Of a stretch of 57,244 nucleotides of DNA, positions 28,583-41,325 are shown piece by piece. Numbering within the stretch: position 1 is the first letter of the stretch; each line of letters opens with the position of its first letter. The position numbers were made by a program, and so were the translations under genes. The DNA comes from Pseudomonas synxantha (GTDB taxonomy: Bacteria; Actinomycetota; Actinomycetes; Actinomycetales; Microbacteriaceae). The DNA lies in NCBI GenBank assembly GCA_943371805.1, contig CALRWH020000001.1, forward strand, positions 1 to 57,244, read 5' to 3'. The notes beneath the pieces were generated by a model. That model saw only the letters and a program-made list of their open reading frames with translations, did not search any database and was not told the origin of the DNA.

Positions 28583-29298
28583 TGCTGCGCCGCGTTGTTC
28601 CCGCCGCGGGCGGAGAGATCGACCTCGATGCGCCGGATGCCCGCACCACCCTGCTCGACTGGTATGCGTCGCGCCTCCCCGAGTATGTGCGGCTCAACCT
28701 CGTGACGACGCTCGACGGGCGCGCCTCCGGACCCGACGGCACCTCGGAGTCGCTCACGTCGCGCGCCGACCGCATGATTCTCGGGGTCATCCGCGAGCTC
28801 GCCGATGTCGTTGTCGTGGGCGCCGAGTCGGTGCGGCGGGAAGGTCTCGGCCGTCCACGCCGGGCGGCCCTCGCGATCGTGACGGCCACCGGAGATCTCT
28901 CGGGCCACCGGCTCGACGAGCACGCCGACCGCGTCATGCCCGTCATGATCATCACGACGGCCGCGGGCGCTGAACGCGCCGCAACGACCGCGCCGACCGC
29001 GACCGTGCGCGTGCTTGAGGCTGCGCCTGACGGGCGCATCGCGCCCACGGCCATGCTCAACGACCTGCGTCAACAGGGGTTCCGCGGCGTCGTTCTCGAG
29101 GGTGGCCCGACTCTCGCGGGTCAGTTCGTGCAGGCCGACCTCGTCGACGAGTTGTGCCTCACGGTCATGCCGCGCGTAGGCGGACCGGCGTTGCCGTTGC
29201 TCGCGGGCGATGCCGTGGGCATCACTTCTCTGACGGCGACCCAGTTGCTCGTGGACGAGTCGAGCGCCCAGTTCGGCCGGTGGTCGCTCCGGTCGTGA
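28582..29298 (+). CDS. RibD C-terminal domain / pyrimidine reductase family (Rv2671-like)
   Basis: VRLNLVTTLDG, ADVVVVGAESVR, LEGGPTL, VDELCLTVMP; GTG overlaps the sufE stop. Confidence 0.88.
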   Translation: MLRRVVPAAGGEIDLDAPDARTTLLDWYASRLPEYVRLNLVTTLDGRASGPDGTSESLTSRADRMILGVIRELADVVVVGAESVRREGLGRPRRAALAIVTATGDLSGHRLDEHADRVMPVMIITTAAGAERAATTAPTATVRVLEAAPDGRIAPTAMLNDLRQQGFRGVVLEGGPTLAGQFVQADLVDELCLTVMPRVGGPALPLLAGDAVGITSLTATQLLVDESSAQFGRWSLRS

Positions 29299-30472
29299 CG
29301 CCGGGGGTTCGCAGCCCTTGCTCGTCGAGCCACACGCGAATCGCACGATTCCAGCGTTCAGGGTCAAAGTTCCACAGTTTGGTGTGGCGCGCGACCGTGA
29401 AGCGCTCAATCCTGACAACGTCGGGCCGCGCTGCGGCGAGGGCCACGCTCCCGTCGCTCGGCACGTATCCGTCGTCGTCGCTGTGCAGCAACAGCATCGG
29501 GATGCTCAGCTCGGCTGAGCGCGCCACGATGTCGAGGCGTTCGAAGTCGATCGGTTGAGCAAGCCCAACCCAGCGCGCCGCGTGCTCTGACGACAGCATC
29601 GCGAGGGCGGCATCCCGCACCGCAGGGGGTAGACCGGTTTCGGCCGCTTGAAAGCGCAACACCGAAATCCAGTCGACAACGGGCGACTCGAGAACAACCC
29701 CGTTGATGTGTGCGGCGAGTGTCGAGCGAGTGATGCACTGCAACACCGTGGCCCCACCCATCGACCACCCCATGAGCACGATGCGGCGCGCGCCCTGTTC
29801 GCGCGCGTAGGCAATCGCCGCGTGCACATCGCGCCACTCTTCGTCGCCGAGCGCATATCGACCGTCGTGGCTGGCGGGTGCGTCGCCGTCATTGCGGTAG
29901 CTGATGAGCAGACTGTGATGCCCGGCCTCACGAAACACCTCCACCGCCCGCAGCCCTTCGGCGCGCGTGACTCCGCGGCCGTGCACGGCGATCATCCAGT
30001 CGTAACGATCGGCCTCGGGCGCGATGTGCCACGCGGGCGCGACGCCCACGGGAGTCACAATGCCCACCTCTGAGAAGGGCACGCGCAGGTCGGCGGGCGT
30101 GAGATACCACCACCCCGCCCATCGCCCATGGGATGCCCGCTCGAGGTCACCCCGCTGCACACTGTCGAGCCGGCGCAACACCGAGCGTTCATCAGTCTCG
30201 AGCACCTCGCCAATGCGCGCGTGCCCGCGGTCACCGTCGAACCACAGGCTGTAGCGTCCGTTCACGATCGTGTCGGCGGTTCGGCTCAACAACACTGTGT
30301 GGGCCTCGTGATCGACGGCGAGAATCTCGATGTCGTAGGTACGACGACGAGGCGGTGTAACGACGTTTCGGGCGACGGCCATCGCGACGGCGGCGGCGCC
30401 CAGTACCGCCGCACCGGTCGCCACGATGACAAGCGCGGTCGCGCGCGCGGCCCACCGGCGACGACTCGTCAC
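29222..30472 (-). CDS. Alpha/beta hydrolase family protein with N-terminal anchor
   Basis: VHGRG oxyanion motif, GWSMGG nucleophile elbow, HSDDDGYVP, ARHTKLWN; start uncertain. Confidence 0.88.
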   Translation of the reverse strand: MTSRRRWAARATALVIVATGAAVLGAAAVAMAVARNVVTPPRRRTYDIEILAVDHEAHTVLLSRTADTIVNGRYSLWFDGDRGHARIGEVLETDERSVLRRLDSVQRGDLERASHGRWAGWWYLTPADLRVPFSEVGIVTPVGVAPAWHIAPEADRYDWMIAVHGRGVTRAEGLRAVEVFREAGHHSLLISYRNDGDAPASHDGRYALGDEEWRDVHAAIAYAREQGARRIVLMGWSMGGATVLQCITRSTLAAHINGVVLESPVVDWISVLRFQAAETGLPPAVRDAALAMLSSEHAARWVGLAQPIDFERLDIVARSAELSIPMLLLHSDDDGYVPSDGSVALAAARPDVVRIERFTVARHTKLWNFDPERWNRAIRVWLDEQGLRTPGVTTGATTGRTGRSTRPRATGSPSEK

Positions 30473-30551
30473 GAGGCGTCCAGAATGGCAGGCGATGGCA
30501 GAACGGCGAGTCTCACGCACCGAACCTAGCAACAGCGCCTATTCTGCACAC

Positions 30552-31151
30552 GTGTCTCACGCCACGGCCGACGAGCCGACGCCGCAGGCCGTCTTCGACG
30601 CCATTGTGGCCTCGGTCGAGCGGGCTGAACTGCGCGACGAGCTACAGGTGACTCCGATTCCCGCTCCGGGCGGTATCGCGCCCTACTCCTACGCTCTTGC
30701 CGCCGACGTCAACCCGGCTCGTCACGCCGACGACTCAGACCTTGGCACGGGGCGGCTCATCGTTTTGTTTGACCCCTCAGCACCCGAAGGGTGGGGTGGC
30801 ACGGTGCGCGTGATTTGCTACGCGCAAGCTCCGCTCGAGACCGAGATTGGTCTCGATCCTTTCGTGGCCGACGTGGCCTGGTCGTGGCTCGTTGACGCCC
30901 TCGCCACGCGAGGCGCGCACTACACCGCAGCAAGCGGCACGGCAACGAAGGTGCTCTCCACGGGATACGGCGAACTCGCGAGCCAGGGCAGTGGCGCGCA
31001 AATCGAGTTACGCGCCTCGTGGACTCCGCTCGATAGCGATCTCACGGCACACGTCGAGGGTTGGGGTGAATTGCTCTGCATGGTCGCCGGCTACCCGCCC
31101 ACTCCTGACGGTGTGGCGGTGCTGCAACCTCGGCGGGAGCCTCGTGGCTAA
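30552..31151 (+). CDS. DUF3000 family protein
   Basis: PAPGGIAPYS, GTGRL, VAWSWLVDAL, IELRASWTP; upstream of rnd; leaderless GTG after TATTCT. Confidence 0.88.
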   Translation: MSHATADEPTPQAVFDAIVASVERAELRDELQVTPIPAPGGIAPYSYALAADVNPARHADDSDLGTGRLIVLFDPSAPEGWGGTVRVICYAQAPLETEIGLDPFVADVAWSWLVDALATRGAHYTAASGTATKVLSTGYGELASQGSGAQIELRASWTPLDSDLTAHVEGWGELLCMVAGYPPTPDGVAVLQPRREPRG

Positions 31152-32481
31152 CCGCCCCCCGATCACCGATCCATTTCTGGTTCCCGACCTTCCGCCTCCC
31201 TCGCGGCGGCGGTCAGAACCCTCACCGTCTTCCGCGCCCGACTCCGAAGACGTGTCAGCGCCCGCGCTCCCGACGGCCACACTCGCCCGCACCCCGGTGG
31301 TGATCGACACGCGTGAGGCCTATCTCGCAGCCGTCGACGAGCTCGCCCGTGCCGACGGTCCCGTGGCGGTGGATGCCGAACGAGCCAGCGGCTTCCGCTA
31401 CTCGCAGCGGGCTTACCTCATTCAGGTCTTCCGTCGTGGCGCGGGAACCTTCCTCTTTGACCCACCCGCGATCGACTCCTTTCTCGAGCTTCAGGCCGCG
31501 ATCGGCGACGCCGAGTGGGTATTGCACGCCGCGAGTCAAGACCTGGCGTGCTTGCGTGAGCTCGGGCTTGAGCCGCCGTCGATCTTCGACACCGAGCTCG
31601 GCGCTCGGCTTGCAGGCCTCCCGCGCGTGGGGCTCGGCGCCGTCGTTGAAGAAACGCTAGGGCTTCACCTCGCCAAAGAGCACTCGGCCGCCGACTGGTC
31701 GACGCGCCCTTTGCCGTCGTCGTGGTTGACCTATGCGGCACTCGATGTCGAGCTCTTGCTCGATGTTCGCGATCGCATTGCTGAGCGCCTCGCTTTTCAA
31801 GGCAAGAGCGAACTGGCTGCGCAGGAGTTCGCCGGCGTACTGGCGAAGCCGATGGCCGAGCCCAAGACCGAACCGTGGCGTCGGCTGTCGGGCATTTCAA
31901 CCGTGCGCGGCCAGCGCGCGCTCGCCGTGGCCCGCGAGCTCTGGCGTGCTCGAGACGCCTATGCGATCGAGGTTGACACCTCCCCCGGTCGACTGTTGCC
32001 CGATGCGTCCATCGTCGTTGCGGCACGCACTCCCTTGACGTCGAAGCGAGACCTTGCTGCGCTCAAGGCCTTCATGGGGCGCGCGAGCAGAACCCAGATC
32101 GATCGATGGTGGGCGGCGATCGAGGCCGGACTTGCGACGGATGACCTGCCGGCGCATCGCGGCTCGGACGAGAGCATCCCTCCCCCGCGCTCATGGGCCG
32201 ATCGAAACCCCGAAGCCGACCGCCGCTATCGACTGGTGCGACCTATGCTGCAGTCGATCGCTGACTCGTTGGAGCTTCCGGTCGAGAACCTGCTCACTCC
32301 CGAACACGTGCGTCGCATCGCCTGGCAGCCACCCGCCGACCTGAGCGTGGAGTCCATCGCCGACAGCCTCGCGGCCATGGGCGCGCGACCGTGGCAGATT
32401 GACGCAACCGCACAGACGATTACGCAAGCCTTTGTTGAGGCGCTCCAAGAGCCGGTCGAGGCTTCGGAGGCCGATTCGTAG
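31144..32481 (+). CDS. rnd: Ribonuclease D (3'-5' exonuclease plus HRDC domain)
   Basis: AVDAERASG, LHAASQDL, FDTELGARL, DWSTRPL, YAALDVE, VENLLTP. Confidence 0.92.
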   Translation: MANRPPITDPFLVPDLPPPSRRRSEPSPSSAPDSEDVSAPALPTATLARTPVVIDTREAYLAAVDELARADGPVAVDAERASGFRYSQRAYLIQVFRRGAGTFLFDPPAIDSFLELQAAIGDAEWVLHAASQDLACLRELGLEPPSIFDTELGARLAGLPRVGLGAVVEETLGLHLAKEHSAADWSTRPLPSSWLTYAALDVELLLDVRDRIAERLAFQGKSELAAQEFAGVLAKPMAEPKTEPWRRLSGISTVRGQRALAVARELWRARDAYAIEVDTSPGRLLPDASIVVAARTPLTSKRDLAALKAFMGRASRTQIDRWWAAIEAGLATDDLPAHRGSDESIPPPRSWADRNPEADRRYRLVRPMLQSIADSLELPVENLLTPEHVRRIAWQPPADLSVESIADSLAAMGARPWQIDATAQTITQAFVEALQEPVEASEADS

Positions 32482-32561
32482 GAACACGCAAGGGTTTCGA
32501 CCCCGGCGCGCGGCCCTCCCTAGGCTGAATGTCAGTCCAACACTCTCTGGGAGGCACCATC

Positions 32562-33761
32562 GTGGCTGCACGAGCCGACGTCGTATTCGTAGACGGGGTT
32601 CGCACCCCCTTCGGCCGGGCGGGTGAGAAGGGCATGTACTGGAACACCCGTGCCGACGATCTCATCGTTAAGGCCATGATCGGGCTGCTTGAGCGCAACC
32701 CGTCGCTGCCGAAAGACCGCGTCGACGACGTGGCTATCGCGGCGACGACCCAGCAAGGCGACCAGGGCCTCACCCTCGGCCGAACGGCCTCCATTCTCGC
32801 GGGGCTTCCGCTGAGCGTGCCCGGCTACGCGATCGACCGCATGTGCGCGGGCGCCATGACCTCGGTGACCACGACGGCCGGCGGCATCGCCTTTGGTGCC
32901 TACGACGTCGCGATTGCCGGCGGTGTCGAGCACATGGGGCGTCACCCGATGGGGTTCGGCGCTGACCCTAACCCGCGCTTTCTCGCCGAGAAGCTCGTCA
33001 GCGGCGACGCGCTCAACATGGGCCTCACGGCCGAGCGTTTGCACGACCGCTTTCCGGCGCTGACGAAAGAGCGCGCCGACCGGTTCGGCATGCGCAGCCA
33101 GCAGAAGGTTGCCGCAGCGTACGCTGCGGGCAAGATTCAGCCCGACCTCGTGCCTGTCGCCCTGCGGAGCGAGGCCGGCTTCGGTCTCGCCACCGTCGAC
33201 GAGGGTCTGCGCCCCGACACCACCATGGACGGGCTCGCCGGTCTCAAGACCCCGTTCCGGCCCCACGGTCGCGTCACGGCAGGCAACGCTTCACCGCTCA
33301 CCGACGGCGCCACCGTGAGCTTGCTCGCAAGCGCGGACGCTGCGAAAGAGCTCGGTCTCACCACCAAGATGCGTCTCGTGAGCTTCGCGTACGCGGGTGT
33401 TGCCCCCGAGGTCATGGGCATCGGCCCCATCCCGTCGACGGAGAAGGCCCTCAAGAAGGCCGGCCTCACGATCGACGACATCGGGGCCTTTGAGCTCAAC
33501 GAAGCCTTCGCGGTGCAGGTGCTCAGCTTGCTCGACCACTTCGGCATCGACGACGACGACCCGCGCGTGAACCCGTGGGGTGGGGCGATTGCGATGGGTC
33601 ACCCTCTCGCGAGCTCGGGCGTTCGCCTCATGATTCAACTTGCCCGACAGTTCGAAGAGCGCCCCGACGTTCGCTATGGCCTTACGGCCATGTGTGTCGG
33701 CCTCGGCCAGGGCGGCAGTGTCATTTGGGAGAACCCGCACTACACCGGAAAGAAGGCGTAA
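32562..33761 (+). CDS. fadA: Acetyl-CoA C-acyltransferase (thiolase)
   Basis: DRMCAGAM, NEAFA, GHPLASSG, AMCVGLGQG; GGGAGG RBS. Confidence 0.95.
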   Translation: MAARADVVFVDGVRTPFGRAGEKGMYWNTRADDLIVKAMIGLLERNPSLPKDRVDDVAIAATTQQGDQGLTLGRTASILAGLPLSVPGYAIDRMCAGAMTSVTTTAGGIAFGAYDVAIAGGVEHMGRHPMGFGADPNPRFLAEKLVSGDALNMGLTAERLHDRFPALTKERADRFGMRSQQKVAAAYAAGKIQPDLVPVALRSEAGFGLATVDEGLRPDTTMDGLAGLKTPFRPHGRVTAGNASPLTDGATVSLLASADAAKELGLTTKMRLVSFAYAGVAPEVMGIGPIPSTEKALKKAGLTIDDIGAFELNEAFAVQVLSLLDHFGIDDDDPRVNPWGGAIAMGHPLASSGVRLMIQLARQFEERPDVRYGLTAMCVGLGQGGSVIWENPHYTGKKA

Positions 33762-33763
33762 CC

Positions 33764-35929
33764 GTGGCGACCACGAGCGCAACTGCGCAGTATTCCCCCG
33801 ACCAGTTCGCCGAGCTTCGCGCGCTGAGCGACGACGAGGTCGTCACCCACAGCTACGTGCGTGACGTGCCCCTGCCCAGCGGCGGGATGCTCGCTCTCGT
33901 CACTCTCGACAACGGCCGCGACCACACTCGGCCGAGCACGCTCGGCCCCGAGGGCCTTATGCAGCTGGCAAGCGTTCTCGACGCGCAGAAGGCACGTGCC
34001 GCCGCCGGTGAGATTCGTGCGCTCGCGATCACGGGTAAGCCGTTTATCCTCGCCGCGGGTGCCGACCTCTCGAAGGTCGGCGACATCCCGAGCTACGAAG
34101 CCGGTCTGCAGATGGCCCAATTGGGCCACTACGCCCTCGGCAAGCTTGGCGAACTCGGAGTGCCGTCGTTCTGCTTCATCAACGGTCTCGCCCTGGGTGG
34201 CGGAGTCGAGGTCGCACTCAACTGCGACTACCGCACCCTCGATTCGAGTGCGGCTGCTCTCGCGCTTCCCGAGGTCTTCTTGGGCATCATCCCCGGCTGG
34301 GGCGGAGCGTGGCTGTTGCCGAACCTGATTGGTATTGAGAACGCGCTCAAAGTTGTCGTCGAGAACCCGCTCAAGAACAACCGCATGCTCAAGCCGGCCG
34401 AAGCGTTCGAACTCGGCATGGCCGACGTCATGCTCGCGCCGGCGAACTTTCTCGAAGATTCCATCCGCTGGGCCGACGGCGTGCTGTCGGGCTCGGTGAA
34501 GGTCAAGCGCCCGAACGCGCCCGGCAAGATCGAGCGCGCCGTCAAGTGGGATGTCGCCATCGGCATCGCCCGCAAGACGCTCGAGAAACGCCTCGGAAAG
34601 GTAGCGAAGTCTCCCTACGCAGCACTCGAGCTTCTGGCGGCGGCCAAGAGCTCGACGAAGGCCGAGGGATTCGCCGCCGAAGACAAGGCCCTCGCCGACC
34701 TCGTCGCGGGCGACCAGTTTCGGGCATCCATCTACGCGTTCAATCTTGTGCAAAAGCGCGCCAAGCGGCCCGCCGGCGCTCCCGACAAGGCGCTCGCCAA
34801 GAAGGTCACGAAGGTGGGTGTGCTCGGCGCCGGCCTCATGGCGAGCCAATTCGCCCTGCTGTTCTTGCGTCGCTTGCAAGTGCCCGTCGTCATCACCGAC
34901 CTCGACCAGGCGCGTGTCGACAAGGGACTCGACTACATCCGCGGCGAGATTGCCGAGCTCGAGCAGAAGGGTCGCATCGACAGCGACGAGGGCAACCGCC
35001 TGCGTGCACTGCTGAGCGGAGCCGTCGACAAGGCAGACTTCGCTGATTGCGACTGGGTGATCGAGGCCGTGTTCGAAGAGCTGACGATCAAGCAAGATGT
35101 GTTCGCCGAGGTCGAGAAGTACATTTCGCCCGAGGCGGTGCTCGCCACGAACACGTCGTCACTCTCGGTCGAAAAGATCGGCGCGAAGCTGAAGAACCCC
35201 GAGCGCGTTGTCGGCTTCCACTTCTTCAACCCCGTCGCCGTCATGCCGCTCATCGAGGTCGTCAAGACGCCCGCCACCGACGAAGCCACGTTGGCCACCG
35301 CGATGGCCACGGCAGCCGCTCTGCGCAAGAACGCCGTCATCACGGCCGACACGCCCGGCTTCGTCGTCAACCGAATCCTCGCGAAGGTTCTCGGTGAGGC
35401 GATGCACGCCGTCGAAATCGGCACCCCGTTCGAGACGGTCGTTGAGGCGCAGCGCCACTTCGGCCTGCCTATGGATCCGTTCGTTCTCCTCGACCTCGTC
35501 GGTCTCAAGGTCGGCGCCCACGTGCTCGACACGCACCACACGGCCTTTCCCGATCGCTTCTTTGAGTCGCGCGCCCTGCACGAGCTCGCCGAGGCGGGGG
35601 TCTTGCTCGAGAAAGATGCCAAGGGTCAGTCGAAGGGCATCGACAAGAAGGCCCTCGAGATCGTCGCGAAGCACCGGCCCGCCGATGCACAGCCGTACAC
35701 GGTCGACGAACTGACCCAGCGACTCGAAGACGGCCTTGCCGATGAGATTCACCGGATGCTCAACGACAAGGTCGTCGATGCCGCCGACGACATCGACCTC
35801 TGCATGATCCTCGGCGCCGGTTGGCCGTTCCAAATGGGTGGCGTCACGCCGTTCCTCGACCGCGTCGGGGCGTCGGAGCGCGTCTTCGGGGCGACGTTCC
35901 ACAACCCGCGCATCCGCGGCATCGGCTGA
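33764..35929 (+). CDS. fadB: Fatty-acid oxidation multifunctional enzyme (enoyl-CoA hydratase/3-hydroxyacyl-CoA dehydrogenase)
   Basis: AGADL, ALGGGVE, PEVFLG, GAGLMA, IEAVFEE, HFFNPV, PGFVVNR. Confidence 0.95.
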   Translation: MATTSATAQYSPDQFAELRALSDDEVVTHSYVRDVPLPSGGMLALVTLDNGRDHTRPSTLGPEGLMQLASVLDAQKARAAAGEIRALAITGKPFILAAGADLSKVGDIPSYEAGLQMAQLGHYALGKLGELGVPSFCFINGLALGGGVEVALNCDYRTLDSSAAALALPEVFLGIIPGWGGAWLLPNLIGIENALKVVVENPLKNNRMLKPAEAFELGMADVMLAPANFLEDSIRWADGVLSGSVKVKRPNAPGKIERAVKWDVAIGIARKTLEKRLGKVAKSPYAALELLAAAKSSTKAEGFAAEDKALADLVAGDQFRASIYAFNLVQKRAKRPAGAPDKALAKKVTKVGVLGAGLMASQFALLFLRRLQVPVVITDLDQARVDKGLDYIRGEIAELEQKGRIDSDEGNRLRALLSGAVDKADFADCDWVIEAVFEELTIKQDVFAEVEKYISPEAVLATNTSSLSVEKIGAKLKNPERVVGFHFFNPVAVMPLIEVVKTPATDEATLATAMATAAALRKNAVITADTPGFVVNRILAKVLGEAMHAVEIGTPFETVVEAQRHFGLPMDPFVLLDLVGLKVGAHVLDTHHTAFPDRFFESRALHELAEAGVLLEKDAKGQSKGIDKKALEIVAKHRPADAQPYTVDELTQRLEDGLADEIHRMLNDKVVDAADDIDLCMILGAGWPFQMGGVTPFLDRVGASERVFGATFHNPRIRGIG

Positions 35930-35935
35930 CAGCGG

Positions 35936-35968
35936 ACCGGCGACCTCCCGGTATCGGAGGTCGCCGGT
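35936..35968 (+). terminator. Hairpin after fadAB
   Basis: ACCGGCGACCTCC-7 nt-GGAGGTCGCCGGT, a 13-bp perfect stem. Confidence 0.6.
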
Positions 35969-35979
35969 ACCCTGCCGTC

Positions 35980-36522
35980 GTGACCGCAGACACCGTTTGC
36001 TACGTTGCCCAGAGCCTTGATGGCTTCATCGCCGATCGTGACGAGAGCCTCGACTGGCTACTCACCTTCGGGTTCGACGATTTTCAGCAGCAGTACGATG
36101 ACTTTTTCGCTGGCGTGGGCGCGGTTGTCATGGGCGCCGGCACCGTGCGCTGGCTCGCCGCATCGGGCGAGCCGTGGGGCTATGCGGGGACCCCTGTCTG
36201 GGTGCTGACAAGCGGTGAGCTCCCTGCCATCCCAGGAGCGTCGTTCATCGCCACCGACAACGCCGGGGCCGCTATCGAGGCCGCTCGCGTTGCCGCCGCA
36301 GGGCGCGATGTCTGGGTCGTAGGAGGCGCGGCAACTGCGGGCTCACTCATCGACGCTGGACTTCTCGACCGGCTTCATCTCACCGTCATGCCGATCACCC
36401 TCGGCGCCGGGCTACGCGTCCTTCCGCACGCGCGCACGAGTGTCGCCTGGCAATTCGAATCAGCACAGCCGATTGGCTCGGCGGGTGCCGTCGAGCTGCG
36501 TTACCGCGTGCGCTCGTCGTGA
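35980..36522 (+). CDS. Dihydrofolate reductase-like (RibD_C) protein
   Basis: YVAQSLDGFIAD, MGAGT, DVWVVGGA, GLLDRLHLTVMPITLG. Confidence 0.88.
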   Translation: MTADTVCYVAQSLDGFIADRDESLDWLLTFGFDDFQQQYDDFFAGVGAVVMGAGTVRWLAASGEPWGYAGTPVWVLTSGELPAIPGASFIATDNAGAAIEAARVAAAGRDVWVVGGAATAGSLIDAGLLDRLHLTVMPITLGAGLRVLPHARTSVAWQFESAQPIGSAGAVELRYRVRSS

Positions 36523-38447
36523 TCGACGCTCGCGCCCTGTTCGTCGGGTAGCGGCCGGGCAACCGGAACTTTGGTGCCGAGAACTTGAGCAACGAGGTCA
36601 CGAGCGATCGCCTGTGAGGTGAGCCCCACACGCTCGAGAATCTCATCGCGCGACGCGTGCTCAAGAAACTCGTCAGGAAGGCCGAGCTCATCAACCGCGG
36701 TGTCGACGCCCGCGGCGCGCAGGTCTTGACGAATACGGGTTCCGATTCCGCCGACGCGCACACCATCTTCGATGCTCACGAGAATTCGGTGATCGCGGGC
36801 AAGATCGATCACGCTCTCGGGCACGGGCACGACCCAACGCGGGTCGATGACGGTGGCGCCGATTCCTTGGTCAGCGAGCCGCTCAGCGACCTCGAGACCG
36901 ATCTTGGCCATCGGGCCCACCGTCACAATGAGAACGTCTTTATGGGGCGCCTCACGCAGCACATCGACACCGTCATGCGTGCGCCGAACGGCCTCAAACT
37001 CGGTGCCGACCGAACCCTTCGAGAAACGGACGACGGTCGGCGCGTCATCCACCGCTACGGCCTCGCCGAGTTCTTCGCGCAGTCGCGTTGCATCACGGGG
37101 GGCGGCCAGACGGATGTTCGGCACGACCTGCAGAATCGACAAGTCCCACATGCCGTGGTGGCTTGCGCCATCGGGACCGGTCACACCCGCGCGGTCGAGA
37201 ACGAAGGTGACGCCCGCCTGGTGGAGCGCGACATCCATGAGCACCTGGTCAAAAGCGCGGTTGATGAACGTTGCGTAGACCGCGACGACGGGGTGCATTC
37301 CGCCATAGGCGAGGCCTGCGGCCGATGCGACCGCGTGCTGCTCAGCGATACCGACATCGATGATGCGGTCGGGATGCTTCTCAGCGAGCTTGTGCAAGCC
37401 CGTCGGGCGCAGCATGGCGGCCGTGATTCCCACGATACGGCGGTCTTTATCGGCGAGGGCTACGATCTCGTCCGCGAAGACAGATGTCCACGACGGTCGA
37501 CTGGCCGCTTCAATCGATTCGCCCGTTTCGGGGTCAATCTGTCCGACCGCGTGAAACTGGTCCGCCACGTCGGCGAGGGCAGGTTGGTAGCCCTTGCCCT
37601 TTTGGGTGATCGCATGCACGATAACGGGCGCGCTGTACTCCTTGGCCTGTCGCAAAGCGCGTTCGACATCTTTGAGATCGTGGCCGTCGATGGGGCCGAT
37701 GTACTTGATGTCGAGGTTCGAATACAAAGCCTCGTTGTTGCTGAAACGCGAGAGGAAGCCGTGCAGGCCACCGCGAACTCCGCGATAGACGGCACGACCG
37801 GGCGCGCCGAAAACGCCAAAAGCGCGCTCGGTTCCGCGACGGAACCGGTAGTACGAGCGACGCGTGCGCACGGTCGACAAGAAGCGAGCCATGCCACCGA
37901 TCGTGGGGGCATACGACCGCCCGTTGTCGTTGACGACGATCACGAGGTTGCGACTGTTGTCGTCGCTGATGTTGTTCAGCGCCTCCCACGTCATGCCACC
38001 CGTGAGGGCACCATCACCGACTACCGCGATGACGTGGCGGTCGTCTTGACCTGTCATTTCGAAGGCGCGCGAGATTCCGTCGGCCCAGCTCAGCGAACTC
38101 GAGGCGTGTGAGCTCTCGACAATGTCGTGTTCGCTCTCTGAGCGCTGCGGGTAGCCCGCGAGGCCGCCCTTTTGCCGAAGCAACGAGAAGTCTTGGCGGC
38201 CGGTGACGAGCTTGTGAACGTACGACTGGTGGCCGGTATCCCACACGATCGCGTCGCGGGGCGAGTCGAAGACGCGATGGATGCCCAGCGTGAGTTCGAC
38301 GACACCGAGGTTGGGGCCCAAGTGGCCGCCGGTCTTCGAGACCTCGGTGACCAGAAAGCGGCGGATCTCCTCTGCGAGTTCGACCATTTGCGACTCAGAG
38401 AGTCGATCGAGGTCTCGCGGGGTGCGGATCGAGTCGAGCAGTGCCAT
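36501..38447 (-). CDS. dxs: 1-deoxy-D-xylulose-5-phosphate synthase
   Basis: GGHLGPNLG, DTGHQSYVHK, GDGALTGG..N, GIAEQHA, DRAG..DGASH. Confidence 0.98.
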   Translation of the reverse strand: MALLDSIRTPRDLDRLSESQMVELAEEIRRFLVTEVSKTGGHLGPNLGVVELTLGIHRVFDSPRDAIVWDTGHQSYVHKLVTGRQDFSLLRQKGGLAGYPQRSESEHDIVESSHASSSLSWADGISRAFEMTGQDDRHVIAVVGDGALTGGMTWEALNNISDDNSRNLVIVVNDNGRSYAPTIGGMARFLSTVRTRRSYYRFRRGTERAFGVFGAPGRAVYRGVRGGLHGFLSRFSNNEALYSNLDIKYIGPIDGHDLKDVERALRQAKEYSAPVIVHAITQKGKGYQPALADVADQFHAVGQIDPETGESIEAASRPSWTSVFADEIVALADKDRRIVGITAAMLRPTGLHKLAEKHPDRIIDVGIAEQHAVASAAGLAYGGMHPVVAVYATFINRAFDQVLMDVALHQAGVTFVLDRAGVTGPDGASHHGMWDLSILQVVPNIRLAAPRDATRLREELGEAVAVDDAPTVVRFSKGSVGTEFEAVRRTHDGVDVLREAPHKDVLIVTVGPMAKIGLEVAERLADQGIGATVIDPRWVVPVPESVIDLARDHRILVSIEDGVRVGGIGTRIRQDLRAAGVDTAVDELGLPDEFLEHASRDEILERVGLTSQAIARDLVAQVLGTKVPVARPLPDEQGASVDHDERTR

Positions 38448-38482
38448 CTACCGAGTCTATGGGAACGACCCCGTGAGGCCAC

Positions 38483-38520
38483 CCGTCGGCGAACGCTTGT
38501 TGCTGAGCGTTCGCCGACGG
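38483..38520 (-). terminator. Hairpin terminator after acnA
   Basis: CCGTCGGCGAACGCT-8 nt-AGCGTTCGCCGACGG, a 15-bp perfect stem. Confidence 0.7.
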
Positions 38521-38532
38521 TTGGCTGAATCT

Positions 38533-41217
<2,685 letters not shown>

Positions 41218-41293
41218 GGTGACTCCTCTTGTGCGACGGGTCTGGCGCATCCGTCGTCCAGCGCCGGACTCGACCAGCCTACCGGCCGGAAAC

Positions 41294-41311
41294 TATCTTG
41301 ATGTCGAGATA
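41294..41311. promoter_or_regulatory. 18-bp palindromic operator upstream of acnA (TamR/UrtR MarR-type site)
   Basis: TATCTTGA-TG-TCGAGATA near-palindrome, resembling the Streptomyces TamR site found upstream of aconitase. Confidence 0.7.
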
Positions 41312-41325
41312 AATAAGCGTATCAT

